The notes beneath the pieces are model-generated. The model was not told where the DNA came from. It was given only the letters and a program-made list of their open reading frames with translations, and did no database searches. A stretch of 64,000 nucleotides of DNA from Zootoca vivipara (Eukaryota). Shown here piece after piece: positions 35,651 through 49,700 of the stretch. Location: assembly GCF_963506605.1 (NCBI RefSeq), contig NC_083292.1, positions 39,742,001-39,806,000 on the forward strand. The letters are read 5' to 3'. Within the stretch, counting starts at the first letter, position 1. Each line of letters opens with the position of its first letter. Both the position numbers and the translations under genes were made by a program.

Positions 35651-37728
35651 CACAAAGCAAATTAAATGAAATGAAATAAAATAAAAAATTGTGTGAGAGA
35701 GTGAGCAGGAAATGAGCTCATCAGTATTAGGATTGTGCTAGTCGCCCAACACATAAATTTCCCCATGCAATTAAAGTTCCCATTCATTTCAATAGGTCTA
35801 TTCTGAGTATATAGTGTGGCTGGATGGCCAGCGCAGAATAAAAAGAAAGAGTTAAAACCACAGCAACCGTTCATTCAGTTTATTTACTCATCATATCTAT
35901 AGCCCAAGGTGGTGTTTGTGGTTCTCTCACCCTTGCAACGACCCTGTGAGGCACCCCATGTCATGCCCAGTGAACTTCATTGGCTGAAGCGGATTCGAAC
36001 CTCGGGTCTTTCCTGATGCTCTAACCACTGCACCACCCTGGCTCTTGGGAACATAGGAACATTTGTTTGTTTTGTTCAAAAAACTGTTTTCAAACTTTGC
36101 ACTTTATTGACAATCTGAAACATTTTATTTTTTCTGCAAACCGCTTAAGAGGTTCTATTTACAATCAAGCGGCAGATACATTTTGCTAAATAAAATAAAT
36201 AGCATCCCTGGCGTCTGTCCTAACACCATCGTCCACGCCGCTCTGGGGAGCCCCAAAACAGGACTCTCCTTGCCCATCTCCCCCAGCAACTGGCATTCAG
36301 AGGCATGGCGCCTCTCAACCTAAAATATGAACCCCACCATACAAATTGTGCAGAAATTGCTGAATCACTTTTTAAAAGCCAATTTCTCCAGTAACTTGTG
36401 GGCAGAGCAGAGGCATAGCGTGGAGGGTCCGTGGGGTTTGTCGCCCTGGTTGCAATTTTGTAAAGGGGCTCACCCATTCACCTGCCCTGGCATCGCGGGC
36501 ATACGCTCCGTCGCTGGGGCAGAGGCGCAATTATCTTAGAAGCTTCCTGGCTCCTCTCTTTCAATTCCCAAGTTGGGGGAAAGAGCATGCCGTGATCAAC
36601 ACCACTCAAATGCAGGCTTCGTCCCTCTTGTCTTGTGTTTGGTTCATAGTTCATTATGCACTATGAAACCCAAAAACCCTTCTCCACTTTCAGCTGGTCA
36701 TCAACCTACAGTTCCTTCATAACTGGATCCTTCCTCTCGCTCCTATACAGAACCTTCCCGCTGATTTATATATATATATATAAAATGCACTAACTGCATG
36801 CACTGTTAGGATTGTAAACATTATATAGGCTGGGCCTTGCACATTGACAAACTGGAAAAAGAAGCTAGGAATCATTGGTGTGAGGGTACAATGGCAAAAA
36901 GCGTTCAACTTTGATCTTTTTGAGATAATCCGCTTCCGGGTGAATTCAAACACACAGGCAGTTGAGTTCTGGCAGATGTTGACAGCTGTTTTGGCATCCA
37001 GCTTATGAAGTAAGGCAGAAGTTTGGCCAACATTTGCTTCAAAATGGCAGTCTAGGCCCAGAAGCTGCTTCGCTACATATAAATCCCAATTCTTAAGAGT
37101 TGGGCAGGCACCCAAATCAATCCCATGCCTTCTAGCAGTAAAGATTTCACAGACTGTGTAGCTCATGCAACAAGACAAAGCCTTGGGTTATTATGTCCAG
37201 AAAGACTCTAGAACAGAAATGTAACAATAAAGTGTGGAGTGCATTTCTTTTCATTACCAGAAAATGGTTTGCTTAAAAAAAGGAAATAAACTCTGGGTAA
37301 ACTCTACCCAAGTTGGGAAGGGCCACTGGGAAACAAAATGGTTTGCGGGGTCGGATTGAGCCAGAGTTTAGTCCAGGATGGCTCAAGAAACATTATTTCA
37401 TTGGTAATCATACTGGAATGGACAAAGCAAACAATCAATGACAAGTCTTGCCTTCCTTGATTCTCCTCTGACTCTCAGCATTTCCTGGTGAAAGGCTATT
37501 CTGGAATTGGGCGCCGGGGAATTAATTCTTTCTTTCTTTCTTTCTTTTTTGGCGGGACTTTTGGAGAAAGCTGATGGATGGTGGGTTCATTTTTGCTGAA
37601 TTGGGTGTGATTTGCCCAATGCTCAAGCCTGGGCAGGTGGGTCAGGATAATTTGGCGCCCCTTGTTTTGTTTTCAAAGACAGACAGACAATTAGTTGGCA
37701 GTGTGTGAAAAGAGATCTGCAGCCTGGT

Positions 37729-40700
37729 CTATAGCAAGAGAATTGTTATGGTGAGGAACAAGATGCCCATAGCCATGACAGCCACGGAGACCTCTGGGAT
37801 CCGGCCGCTGTTGAGGGTGACTTTGAAGGCCGTGATTTCCTCTTGGTAACCTTCTTCTCTGGAGGTGCACTTAAAGACCCCCTGGTCCATCGGGGTGCTC
37901 TCCCCGAAGCGGAGAGTGCAGGACTGCTCGTCCATGGAGCATGGGTATGTCTTGTCATCTTTGACCCAGGTGTAGATGGCGTGGTGAGACCGCAGAGGGC
38001 AAGGCAGGTAGATGTAGCCAGTGCGATCTACACTCACTTTCTTGAGAGCCTCCTGGGCTAGCTTTTCTTCAAAGGTCAACATTTAAAGAGAGAGAAAGAG
38101 AAAAAACAGAGGAGAAACAATGTTTAGGTTTGTTTGCAGGTTCAGCTACGGCTCCTCCTCCAGAAGGCCCTCAGAAAGTTGCTCTGAAAGGAAGGCAGCC
38201 TTCAGTTGGATAAAGGTTCCCAACCCCTGTTCTAGAGAATTGGCACCCATGTTGAACTTCACTTACCATCAAGACATTTAACAGAAACCAAGCCTCGCCT
38301 CACTTAAGGCCAGTGGGACTGCATTGAAACAGCAGTTTATTCCATTTCCCCATTATATTTGAGCTTTCAAGTGATGTAAAAGCCACTTAATGGAAACCTA
38401 ATGGAATATAGCACGTGCTCAGCCTTCATTTCCTTGTTTTCCAATTCCAGAAAAAGCTCATTTTGCAGCCCACTGCACCCAGAAGATCGCAGGAGTAAAG
38501 TGACCAAATGTAGAGCAGTATGCTAGCACTCAGTTCTTTCCTGAGGTTTCCATGGAGGAACAAAAGCACACATGTGCAGAAAGGCTGCAAGAGTAGTGGT
38601 GTTGTTCATTGTATCACATCACGCCCACTGGTGTGAATGCAATTTAGCATGACATGCTGATACATTGGTAAAAAAAGCCACGGTTCCATAACACAACAGG
38701 TGCTGTGTAGAATCACAGAACTGTAGCATTGAATGAGACCCAACGGGTCATTTAGTCCAACACCTTGCATTGAATGCACTGCGAAAGGAACATTAGAAAA
38801 CAGGACGCAAGCACTAGCATTATAATCAGGAAAACTAATACAGTATTCTCCCCCTCTGAATACAGCCTAGGTCTAGTCCTGCTCTTTTGGCATCAGCAGC
38901 AGAGAATAAATCTTTGGTAGCTAATTGTTTCAGTCCTTGGGCCAATCAAACCTGTATTGGAATTACCTGAGGGTTCAGGGAGAAGAGGGTTGTTAGAAGC
39001 CTCAAGTAAAAAGAAACCCAGGCTTTTCATTTCCCCATCATCTGTGACCCTTTAAAGACAACCCAACCCAGCCGTTTTGCATCCACAGGCCTAAAAGGTT
39101 TCTATGCTGCTTCGTCTTACCTTCAGTGTTTTCACACATGGAAGCGGTGCTCGATGAATCTAGGTTCTGAAGCAAGCTGTTGAAGGAAACATACGGTGTA
39201 AGACGAGCCCAGCTGGAACACACCAATGGGTTGGACTAGATGATCCTCAGAGTCCCTTCCAGGGACTCAGCTACGTTAGTCAAAAACCAACGCTTTGAAT
39301 GCATGATAAACATGCAACACCATGAAGGCGACAGCTCCACCCTTGTGTTTGAGGGTTTATTTAGTTCCAGGCATCAGGTACTCAGAGGTACAAATGGACC
39401 AGGAGTTAGAATGGATAAATATGTCAATTTTGTTTTCGTATCTCCCTTTTCTACACTGAAGTTCTCCACATTTCCATATCATCTTGTGTTTTTCTTAAAA
39501 CAAGTCCTCATGAAAATTTAGCAGGGTTTCAGTGGAAATTCTTCCTAATGGACACGTTTTTGGGTACAATTTTGCCAAACACCCTTGCAAACACCCCCCC
39601 CCCACTAGTCTGGAGGAGCCATCCGTTTCAATAGATCAACTTTGAGTATCATTTAATTGGATACAACGTCACAGGAAAATGCAGCAATTAGACTGAAGCA
39701 ACATGTGGACTATGGGGAGGAGGTGCTTTGGAAAGTCGATTTATCGGGATGAGCCACCCCAAAATTCCTTCCCCTTTTGATTCTGGGCCAGACCTGCCAG
39801 TGGAGTTACTGTCTTGGGAGACGGCGGAGCAGGTCTTCTGTTCCCCGTCCCACCCACAATATGGGTCACGAGCCAGTATACACTTCCAGCAGTTTTCCTT
39901 GTACTGGTCGCAGTCCGCCAGCAGCAGGCGCACCACCTCGAACTCGGTGCTGGCGTACAGGTGGCCCTGCCGGAGAGAAGATGGATTAGAGCCAAGGGCC
40001 GGAGAAAGGAAGGAAAAAGAGCTGCCTGCGGGGGACCCCACCCATTGCAAGGAAGAGAGGATCGTAAGATGCTCCCCTAGTTTGGGAAACTAAGATGGAT
40101 CACTGAAAAAGGGATTTTTTAAATTTTCTTTTCTTTTCTTTTTTAAAAAGCAACCCTGCCAGGCTGTTTGTTTAGTTTTGGGGAGTAAGACGGGGAGAAA
40201 ACATTCTTGCACTTGCCCAACAGTGCCGTTTGTCTGCCCTCTTACCGAATCGCCGTCCAGGATCATAGAAGAGACAGGGGCTTCCTTCTTGAAGGGACTC
40301 AGCTCGGCAACAATCACCGTCTGGTCTTTGCTTCTCAGCACCTTGTGGATCTTCCCTTTTGCTGCGGCACCGAGAGAAGGAGAGGAGGAATTCGTGTTCA
40401 TAGGAAGCTGCCTTATACCGAGTAAGACCATTGCTCCATCTACCTCAGTCCTGTCTACACTGACCAGCAATGTGGCCCTCTGGGTTTTCCAGCCAGGAAT
40501 TTCTCCCAGATGCCAGGGATTGAATTTGGGTTTCCTCCTCCTCCTCCTCAGAATCAGACCACATTCACTCTGTGCATTTAAAGTACTGCAATACTGTACC
40601 AACTTAACCAGTTGTGGCTGGCCGCCCCAAAGAATCCCGGGAGCTGTAGTTTGTTAAGGATGCTGAGAGTTGTTAAGAGACCTGTATTCTCCTTGTAGAG

Positions 40701-43700
40701 CTACTATTGCTAGTCATTCACCAATCAATACCTCTTTCCAGGGAACTCTGGGAATTGTTGCTCCATGAGGGGAACATTTTTTTTTGGGGGGGGGGGGTCC
40801 TAACAACTCTCAGCACCCTTAAGAAACCACAGCTTGAATAACTCAGAGAAGCTATGAGCTATGCCATGCAGGGCCACCCAAGATGGACAGGTCATAGTGG
40901 AGAGTTTTGACTAAACGTGATCCACCTGGAGAAGGAACTGGCAAGCCACTCCAGTATCCCTGCCAAGAAAACTCCATGGACAAAGACAACAGGCATATAA
41001 AAGTTATGACGCTGGAAGATGAGCCCCTCAGGTCGGAAGGCGTCCAACATGCTACTGAGGAAGAGCGGAGGACAAGTACAAGTAGATTCAGAGCTGATGA
41101 AGCGGCTGGGCCAAAGCCGAAAGGACGCTCAGTTGCGGATATGCCTGGAAGCGAAAGGAAAGTCTGATGCTGTAAAGAAAAATATTGCATAGGAACCTGG
41201 AATGTAAGAACCATGAGTGGAGGTAAGCTGGATGTGGTCAAAAATGAGATGACAAGAATAAATATCGACATCCTGGGCATCAGTGAACTAAAATGGAAGG
41301 GAATGGGCGAATTCAGTTCGGATGACTATCATATCTACTACTGTGGGCAAGAATCCTGTAGCAGAAATGGAGTGGCCCTCATAGTCAACAAAAGAGTGGC
41401 AAAAGCTGTAATGGGATGCAATCTCAAAAATGACAGAATGATCTCGATACGAATCCAAGGCAGACCTTTTAACATCACAGTAATCCAAGTTTATGCACCA
41501 ACTACCGGTGCTGAAGAAAATGAAATTGACCAATTCTATGAAGACCTACAACACCTTCTAGAAATGACACCAAAGAAGGATGTTCTTCTCATTACAGGGG
41601 ACTGGAATGCTAAAGTAGGGAATCAAGAGATAAAAGGAACAACTGGCAAGTTTGGCCTTGGAGTTCAAAATGAAGCAGGGCAAAGGCTAATAGAGTTCTG
41701 TCAAGAGAACAAGCTGGTCATCACAAACACTCTCTTCCAACAACACAAGAGACGACTCTACACATGGATATCACCAAATGGACAGCATCGAAATCAGATT
41801 GATTATATTCTCTGCAGCCAAAGATGGAGAAGCTCTATACAGTCAGCAAAAACAAGACCTGGAGCTGACTGTAACTCAGATCATCAGCTTCTTATAGCAA
41901 AATTCCAGCTTAAACTGAAGAAAGTAGGAAAAACCACTGGGCCAGTAAGATACAATCTGAATCAAATCCCTTATGAATACACAGTGGAAGTGAGGAACAG
42001 GTTTAAGGATTTAGATTTGGTGGACAGAGTGCCTGAAGAACTATGGATGGAGGCTCGTAACATTATACAGGAGGCAGCAATGAAAACCATCCCAAGGAAA
42101 AGGAAATGCAAGAAAGCAAAATGGCTGTCCAACGAGGCCTTACAAATAGCGGAGGAGAGGAGGCAAGCAAAATGCAAGGGAGATAGGGAAAGATACAGGA
42201 AACTGAATGCAGATTTCCAAAAAACAGCAAGGAGAGACAAGAGGGTCTTCTTAAATGAGCAATGCAAAGAAATAGAGGAAAACAATAGAATGGGGAAAAC
42301 CAGAGATCTGTTCAAGAAAATTGGAGATATGAAAGGAACATTTCGTACAAAGATTACCATAATCAAGGACAAAAGTGGTAAGGACCTAACAGAAGCAGAA
42401 GACATCAAGAAGAGGTGGCAAGAATACACAGAGGAATTATACCAGAAAGATATGGAGGTCTCGTACACCTCAGGTAGTGTGGTTGCTGGCCTTGAGCCAG
42501 ACATCTTGGAGAGTGAAGTCAAATGGGCCTTAGAAAGCATTGCTAATAACAAGGCCAGTGGAAGTGATGATATTCCAGCTGAACTGTTTAAAATTTTAAA
42601 AGATGATGCTGTTAAGGTGCTACACCCAATATGCCAGCAAGTTTGGAAAACTCAGCAATGGCCAGAGGATTGGAGAAGATCAGTCTACATCCCGATTCCA
42701 AAGAAGGGCAGTGCCAAAGAATGCTCCAACTACCGCACAATTGCGCTCATTTCACACGCTAGCAAGGTTATGCTTAAAATTCTACAAGGCAGGCTTAGGC
42801 AGTATGTGGACCGAGAACTCCCAGAAGTGCAAGCTGGATTTCGAAGGGGCAGAGGAACCAGAGACCAAATAGCAAACATGCGCTGGATTATGGAGAAAGC
42901 TAGAGAGTTCCAGAAAAACGTCTACTTCTGCTTCATTGACTATGCAAAAGCCTTTGACTGTGTCGACCACAGCAAACTATGGCAAGTTCTTAAAGAAATG
43001 GGAGTGCCTGATCACCTCATCTGTCTCCTGAGAAATCTCTATGTGGGACAAGAAGCTACAGTTAGAACTGGATATGGAACAACTGATTGGTTCAAAATTG
43101 GGAAAGGAGTACGACAAGGTTGTATATTGTCTCCCTGCTTATTTAACTTATATGCAGAATTCATCATGCGAAAGGCTGGACTAGATGAATCCCAAGCCGG
43201 AATTAAGATTGCTGGAAGAAATATCAACAACCTCAGATATGCAGATGACACAACCTTGATGGCAGAAAGCGAGGAGGAATTAAAGAACCTTTTAATGAGG
43301 GTGAAAGAGGAGAGCGCAAAATATGGTCTGAAGCTCAACATCAAAAAAACCAAGATCATGGCCACTGGTCCAATCACCTCCTGGCAAATAGAAGGGGAAG
43401 AAATGGAGGCAGTGAGAGATTTTACTTTCTTGGGCTCCTTGATCACTGCAGATGGTGACAGCAGTCACGAAATTAAAAGACGCCTGCTTCTTGGGAGAAA
43501 AGCAATGACAAACCTAGACAGCATCTTAAAAAGCAGAGACATCACCTTGCCGACAAAGGTCCGTATAGTTAAAGCTATGGTTTTCCCAGTAGTGATGTAT
43601 GGAAGTGAGAGTTGGACCATAAAGAAGGCTGATCGCCGAAGAATTGATGCTTTTGAATTATGGTGCTGGAGGAGACTCTTGAGAGTCCCATGGACTGCAA

Positions 43701-46700
43701 GAAGATCAAACCTATCCATTCTTAAGGAAATCAGACCTGAGTGCTCCCTGGAAGGACAGATCGTGAAGCTGAGGCTCCAATACTTTGGCCACCTCATGAG
43801 AAGAGAAGAATCCTTGGAAAAGACCCTGATGTTGGGAAAGATTGAGGGCACAAGGAGAAGGGGACGACAGAGGACAAGATGGTTGGACAGTGTTCTCGAA
43901 GCTACGAACATGAGTCTGACCAAACTGCGGGAGGCAGTGCGAGACAGGAGTGCCTGGCGTGCTATGGTCCATGGGGTCACGAAGAGTCGGACACGACTAA
44001 ACGACTAAACAACAACATATCTTTTTATTCTAAGCATGTGAGCATGCCCTCTTTTAAAAAGTATTTTTTTATATATTCATCATAACTTTCCCATTCGCTT
44101 CTTAATTTTTGTTTCGGTTGATTTCTCAAGGCTACTGTCAGCTTGGCCATTAATAAATACTCACTAAGCTTGTTTATCCACTCTTCTTTTGTTGGTATTT
44201 TGGATGTCTTCCAATATGTAGCTATTAGAACCCTGGTTGCTGTGCACGCATACAAGAAGACTGTCTTATTCTTTTGGGGGATCTCTTCACTTAATAAACC
44301 TAATAGGTAGATCTCTGGTTTTTTCTTTATCGATTTTTTCATCATTTTCTTTAATTCTTCATGAATCATTAACCAAAACTTTTTTATTTCTTGACACATC
44401 CACCACATATGTATAAATGTGCCAGGTTCCCCATTGCATCTCCAGCATAAATTATTTTTTAATTTATATACTTTGGCCATCTTTACAGGTGTTAAATACC
44501 ACCTAAAATACATTTTGATAAAAATTTTCTTTTATATTATAAGAAGCCGTAAATCTTATATCCTGCTTCCACAATTTCTCCCATTGATCAATTTGTATTG
44601 TCTGACCGAGATCCTGGGACCATTTAATCATAGATTCTGTCGTCTCTTCTTGAAATAAATCCCACCCCAGTAGTAGACTATATGTTCTAGATAGCAGATT
44701 GCTTTTATTTTGAATGATTTCTCTTTCAAATAGTGAATCTTCTTTTGCAAAACCTATCTTTTTATCTGCCCTAAATATATTGACCAACTGTATATATTGC
44801 CAATTACTGATACCATAGCATTTTAATTCTTCATATGGCTTTAATTTATACCCCTCATGGTGCTCTTCTATTAATTGTTTATATACAGGCCATTTTATCT
44901 CAGTAGTTAATTTTTTACGAGCATAAGCCTCTATGGGAGAGATCCACAACGGCGTTTTCAATTCAATATACCTTTAATATTTGACCCATACCTTGTATAA
45001 TGCCCCTCTTAGTATATGGTTGGTGAATTCTTTATTTGTTTTAGCTTTTCCATAATTCAAGTATGCGTGCCAACCATAGCTAGAGTTAAAGCTCTCAAGA
45101 TCCAAAATTTTTATATTTTCTAATTTCATCCAATCCCGCATCCATATTAAGCTGCTTAAAATTGTTATAAGAATTCTAAGGTCTGAAATATAAAGTAAAT
45201 GTCCATAAATGTCCAAAAAATGGCATTATCAGGTATCCTGGCAGACAGAGAGAAGCAACACCAGAAGGAAGAAAAAACAAATAGGCTTCTCCACTGTGTT
45301 CAGCCTCCTTTCTTCGGCCTTACCCCGCCCCCTCTGGCCAGGCGTCCTTTGTCCTACCTGGCTGGGTGACGGGTCATAGGCCAACTCACACAGGTGGGTG
45401 GCACAGGCCAGGTAAGCCCCGTGCGGCAAGTTATCCCTTTTTTTAAGGGATTTTCCCTTATGCTGAATAGGCTTCCTCGCGAGAAAAGGGAAAACTTGGC
45501 AGCTATGCCGTGCGGTGTCGCAAATCCTGCCCACCTGAGGGGAGGGGTGAGGGCGGATACTCTCAAATTTCTGCTGGAGACTGCCTCCTTCTGCAATGTA
45601 TATATGATGTTTTGGGGGGTGGATTTTTGCACATCATTGTTCAGGGTTCTCTTCCCTCCTGCGTGTGGTGAGTGGGGACCCTGTTGCAACAGTTTATTTC
45701 CTTTAATAAAGATCAGGCTTACTAGCCACTTTGCTTCTCAATATACTCTGGTTGGCGTGTTATTTTTCTCCTACCGATAGGGAACCCACTTAAGGACTAT
45801 ACGGGTTCTGGAATACCCCATAAGGGAAAGGGAGCAGATTTTTCTTATAGCACAATGATCCCCACGGACAAGCAGTTCCACAACAAAGCAAGAGTGTGGT
45901 AGTCTCCCCTCCGTGGCCGCCAGCCACGGCAAGCTCACCTGTTCCCAGGAAGAGGACATCGCGGGAGATGCCGGCAGCATCCTGCACGCTATCCACCACT
46001 ACCTGAGTGTACGTGTCATTGTTCTGGAGGATGTAGAGGGCATGCTCTTCATCCGGGTAGATGACCGAGTCTATTTCGGGGTGGTCCTTAATGAAGGTCA
46101 GGGTAGCTTTGGGCAACGGAGGATGTCCATCTGGTGGCACACACTGAGCAGGAGGAGAGAAAGGTAGACGGGGATAAGTCAGTGCGTGTGTACGAGAAAT
46201 GAATATATATATAAAGATTCCTGCTTTTTTAAAAAATCCAGAGGCCCAGGAGTGACCTTACCATGCCGGGTCTGGGCAGGGGGATGGGGCCGGTGACCCC
46301 CTTGAACTTCGAAGTCTTGAAAATGGTGCTGATCCGGTTCATCGAGTATGAACAGACAGCAGATGAACCCCTAAGGGGGGGGGAACCAAAAACACTGGTG
46401 TGATGTCAGTATTACAGCCGACTGACCATTCCAGGAAGCCCAAAATAACAAATGCAAAATCACAGCCTCAGCTTTTCTCCTCAGTGAAAGTCTTATGGCA
46501 TTAAAAGGAATCTGGAATTTATTTATTTTAGGAAAAAGTAACACATGAATTGAAGGCCTCTAAAGGACAGGAAGATTCAGGCCATTTTTACTCAGTTGTG
46601 GTGGTATTTTATTCCATATAGCTTAATTTCAGATTTACAGGTGTACCCCCCATGCTGGCTAGAGAAATATGGGTGTCATTATTTTAGATTGGGTGTTATC

Positions 46701-49700
46701 ATTCAATATGTTTAGGTTTTGCATGCCCTTGCCTTTAGTTAGATGTATTATTGAATTTTTATTACCTGTCTTCCTGGTTCTATAATAATTTGAAAAGTAT
46801 TGTGTGTTTTTTTTAAAAAAGAAGAACAAAGGGTGCAAGTTAGGAACAATTGTAGCAGGTCTAAGAGTTATTACGACAACATGTAAATATTGCCACCTCT
46901 TCACTCTTCAAGATACTTGAAAGGGCTTCTAAGAATTGATCAGGAAGTTGTCACATAATAAGAGGATAAATCATGTGTTCTTTAGCCCCCCTCATAAAAT
47001 CTGCATGGAAGCCTGTTTCAAGCTCTGTATCATTGGCTCCCCCTTGGTCTGATAAACTCATCCCCAGTGCTCTTTACTCTATAAAAAGCATTTTTCAGAA
47101 CAGCAGTTTGCACGACCCACTAAGGAAGATAACACAAGGACATTTGAAACAGTAAGAGTTAAATGCACATTTATTCAAAACCGAGTCAAAACTATTTCGT
47201 TTAATCAATTCAACAAAATCGATGAACTTGATCTGGTCATGCCAGAGGTTTCCAAAGCCTGATAGTCACTTGCACCCCCTAGCTGCCCCCTTGCCCTTCC
47301 CATGGCAAATCTACCCCCACACAGGGGGCGCTACCACCCATTTTGGGAACCACTGCTCTAAATGATGGAAAGGAGAGTACCTCTCTAGGGCTGTCTTAAG
47401 CATATAGAGCACGAGGTGCAAAAATCTCCCAGGTTGCCCAGTCCCACCCACAGGCAGGCTCTTCCCCGGACTCAACTCTTGGGCAACGGACTCATGGCAT
47501 GGTGCCCCTGAGAGCCCGGTGCCCGGGTGCCCTGCACCCCTAGCGCATATGGGTAAGATGGCCCTGTACCTCTCCACGAAGGGAACTTCGCCAAATCTGT
47601 TGCAGAGGATCTCAGAGGGTAGAAACCTTATAGCACGCTCAATGCGACTTAGGTAGGCTCGCCTTGATATTGGAGCTGGGTGGAATCCTGCCCTGCCCAA
47701 CTCACCATTCACTGGAGAAGACGCCGTACAGTACCGTCTCGCCCTTACCGCCCTCCTTCCTGGAGACGAAGGCGTCCTGGAGGCGGTGGAAGCGCATGGG
47801 CTCGGTGGGGTGTCCACACACCAGCCTCGCCTTGAGGAAGGTACTCCAGGAATCTGCCATGACAGGCCTGCCGCCTTGGTCCACCTGGAAGGGCAGAAGA
47901 CCTGGTGTCATGGATGGGCTGGATCCATGCAGAGGAGAGGAGGGAGGGAGGCACCAGCTGGAGAAGAAGACTCAGATCTCTGGGAGCGGTGGTGGGACGA
48001 CAATGGGTGGTCACAGGGAGCAGACTGGGAGGAGGTGGACGAGTAACAGGGTTTGGTGAGCAGGAGGAGGCTGTGGCAGAGAGAAACCCAGACTCCGAGG
48101 CAGAAGCGGAGGCTGGAGAGGAGTGGGGCCAGGAGACAGAGAGGAGCCCAGCTGGTGAAGAAGCGAGGAGAAGACATTCCAAGTGTCTCTATTTTCCAGG
48201 GACAGTCCGGGATTTACAGAATCCTGGTTTCTGATTTGATCCCGGAATGTCCCTTTTTCCTTAGGGCGTTCCTATTTTCATCAGAGAAATGTTGGAGGGT
48301 ATGGAATAGAATGTCCCTATTTTCATCTGAGAAATGCTGGAGGATATGCCAAGGACTCTCCCACTCCTGCTGTGAACAGGTCTCCCAGAAGAGGGATGAA
48401 GAGGGTGGAGCAGAGACAGACAAGGCAAGGAAGTCTCAGATTGCTTGGGAAGGACCCAGGGGGAGGAACAGTCTTATGCCATTGTGGGAAGGCAGGGACC
48501 TTTAGTCCTCGCAACTGCCTCATAGGGGCAAGACTACAATTCCCCCCAGCCCCTGCCCATGGGCCATGTAACTGGTCCGCGCCCCATCCCTCCAGGTGGA
48601 AACTTCTTCCCAGTCGTCGCTGCCTCGCTCTAACCTTGCAGACACGCCCGAGCCCAGCTTTGTAAGGCTCCTCGTCCAGCCCGGCCGACTGGTTGACCTC
48701 ATTGTAGAAGAAGAAGATTTCGTCTTTGCTCTGGTCCTTCTCTTCCAGCAGGGCGGCGCCAACAAACTCTGCTCCTGCTGGGGCGGGAGAGAATTGAAAT
48801 GGTACAACTGGTATTTAGCACCTGTGCTTGGAAAAACACACACAAGAGGAGTCCTTCTCAAAGGATAGACTGGATCTACATATGGAGGCCCCATTATTGC
48901 AGCCAACAGCTGATGGGAAGCCATGTATTGTGGGGGATTATTCCTGTTGACCATGGATCTAACCAGATTCCAAAAGCCCTCTGCAAGCTCTCCGTTCATA
49001 AGCAAGAGCAATCACTACAGCAGTACCTTGGTTTGCAAACAGTCTGGTTTGCATACGTTTTGGATTACAAACACGTCAAACCCGGAAGTGCATGTCATGG
49101 TTTGCAAACTTTTTTGGGATTACAACCCAATTTTTTTGGATTACAAGCAATTTTTTGGGGGGGGAGGCCCCATTGGCAAAAGTGCGCCTTAGGTTACAAG
49201 CTCTTTTGGTTTACAAACGGACCTCCGGAACGGATTATGGTTGTAAACCAAGGTACCACTGTACTTCCCCTAAGAGCCAGTGGGACAGGAAGGAACAGAC
49301 AAGCAAAAAGGGGGTGTTGGGAAGAGAGACAGAGAGATGGGAAAAGGGTGGTACCATGTTTGTCCTTGGGCCTGTGGACCAGGACAGGTTACTTGCAAAC
49401 GAATGTGGCTCTCAAAATGGCGGGGGAAGAAGCATTTCAGAGGAGAGCTGCAAAGATATTACCGGTATCTTTATGAGCAACCATGGCCGATGGCTAATAT
49501 TGCCTTTCCCCCATTGATGGGGCGGTTGATGGGTGCCATTTTGTGGCCCTGCCCATTTTCTGCCCTCTTAAGGAGGGCAGCCGTTTTGTGCTATGCCAAG
49601 CCTCCACGGCAACCATTTTGTCTTTTGCACAGACATTCGCAGCATTTCCTCAGAATTACCAAAGGTCAGAGACCCCAGTGGGGTTTACAATTATCCAGCC

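Noticed and set aside
41971-43980. Minus-strand ORFs of 135-193 aa inside BovB
   Set aside because: Antisense shadows of the RT ORF.
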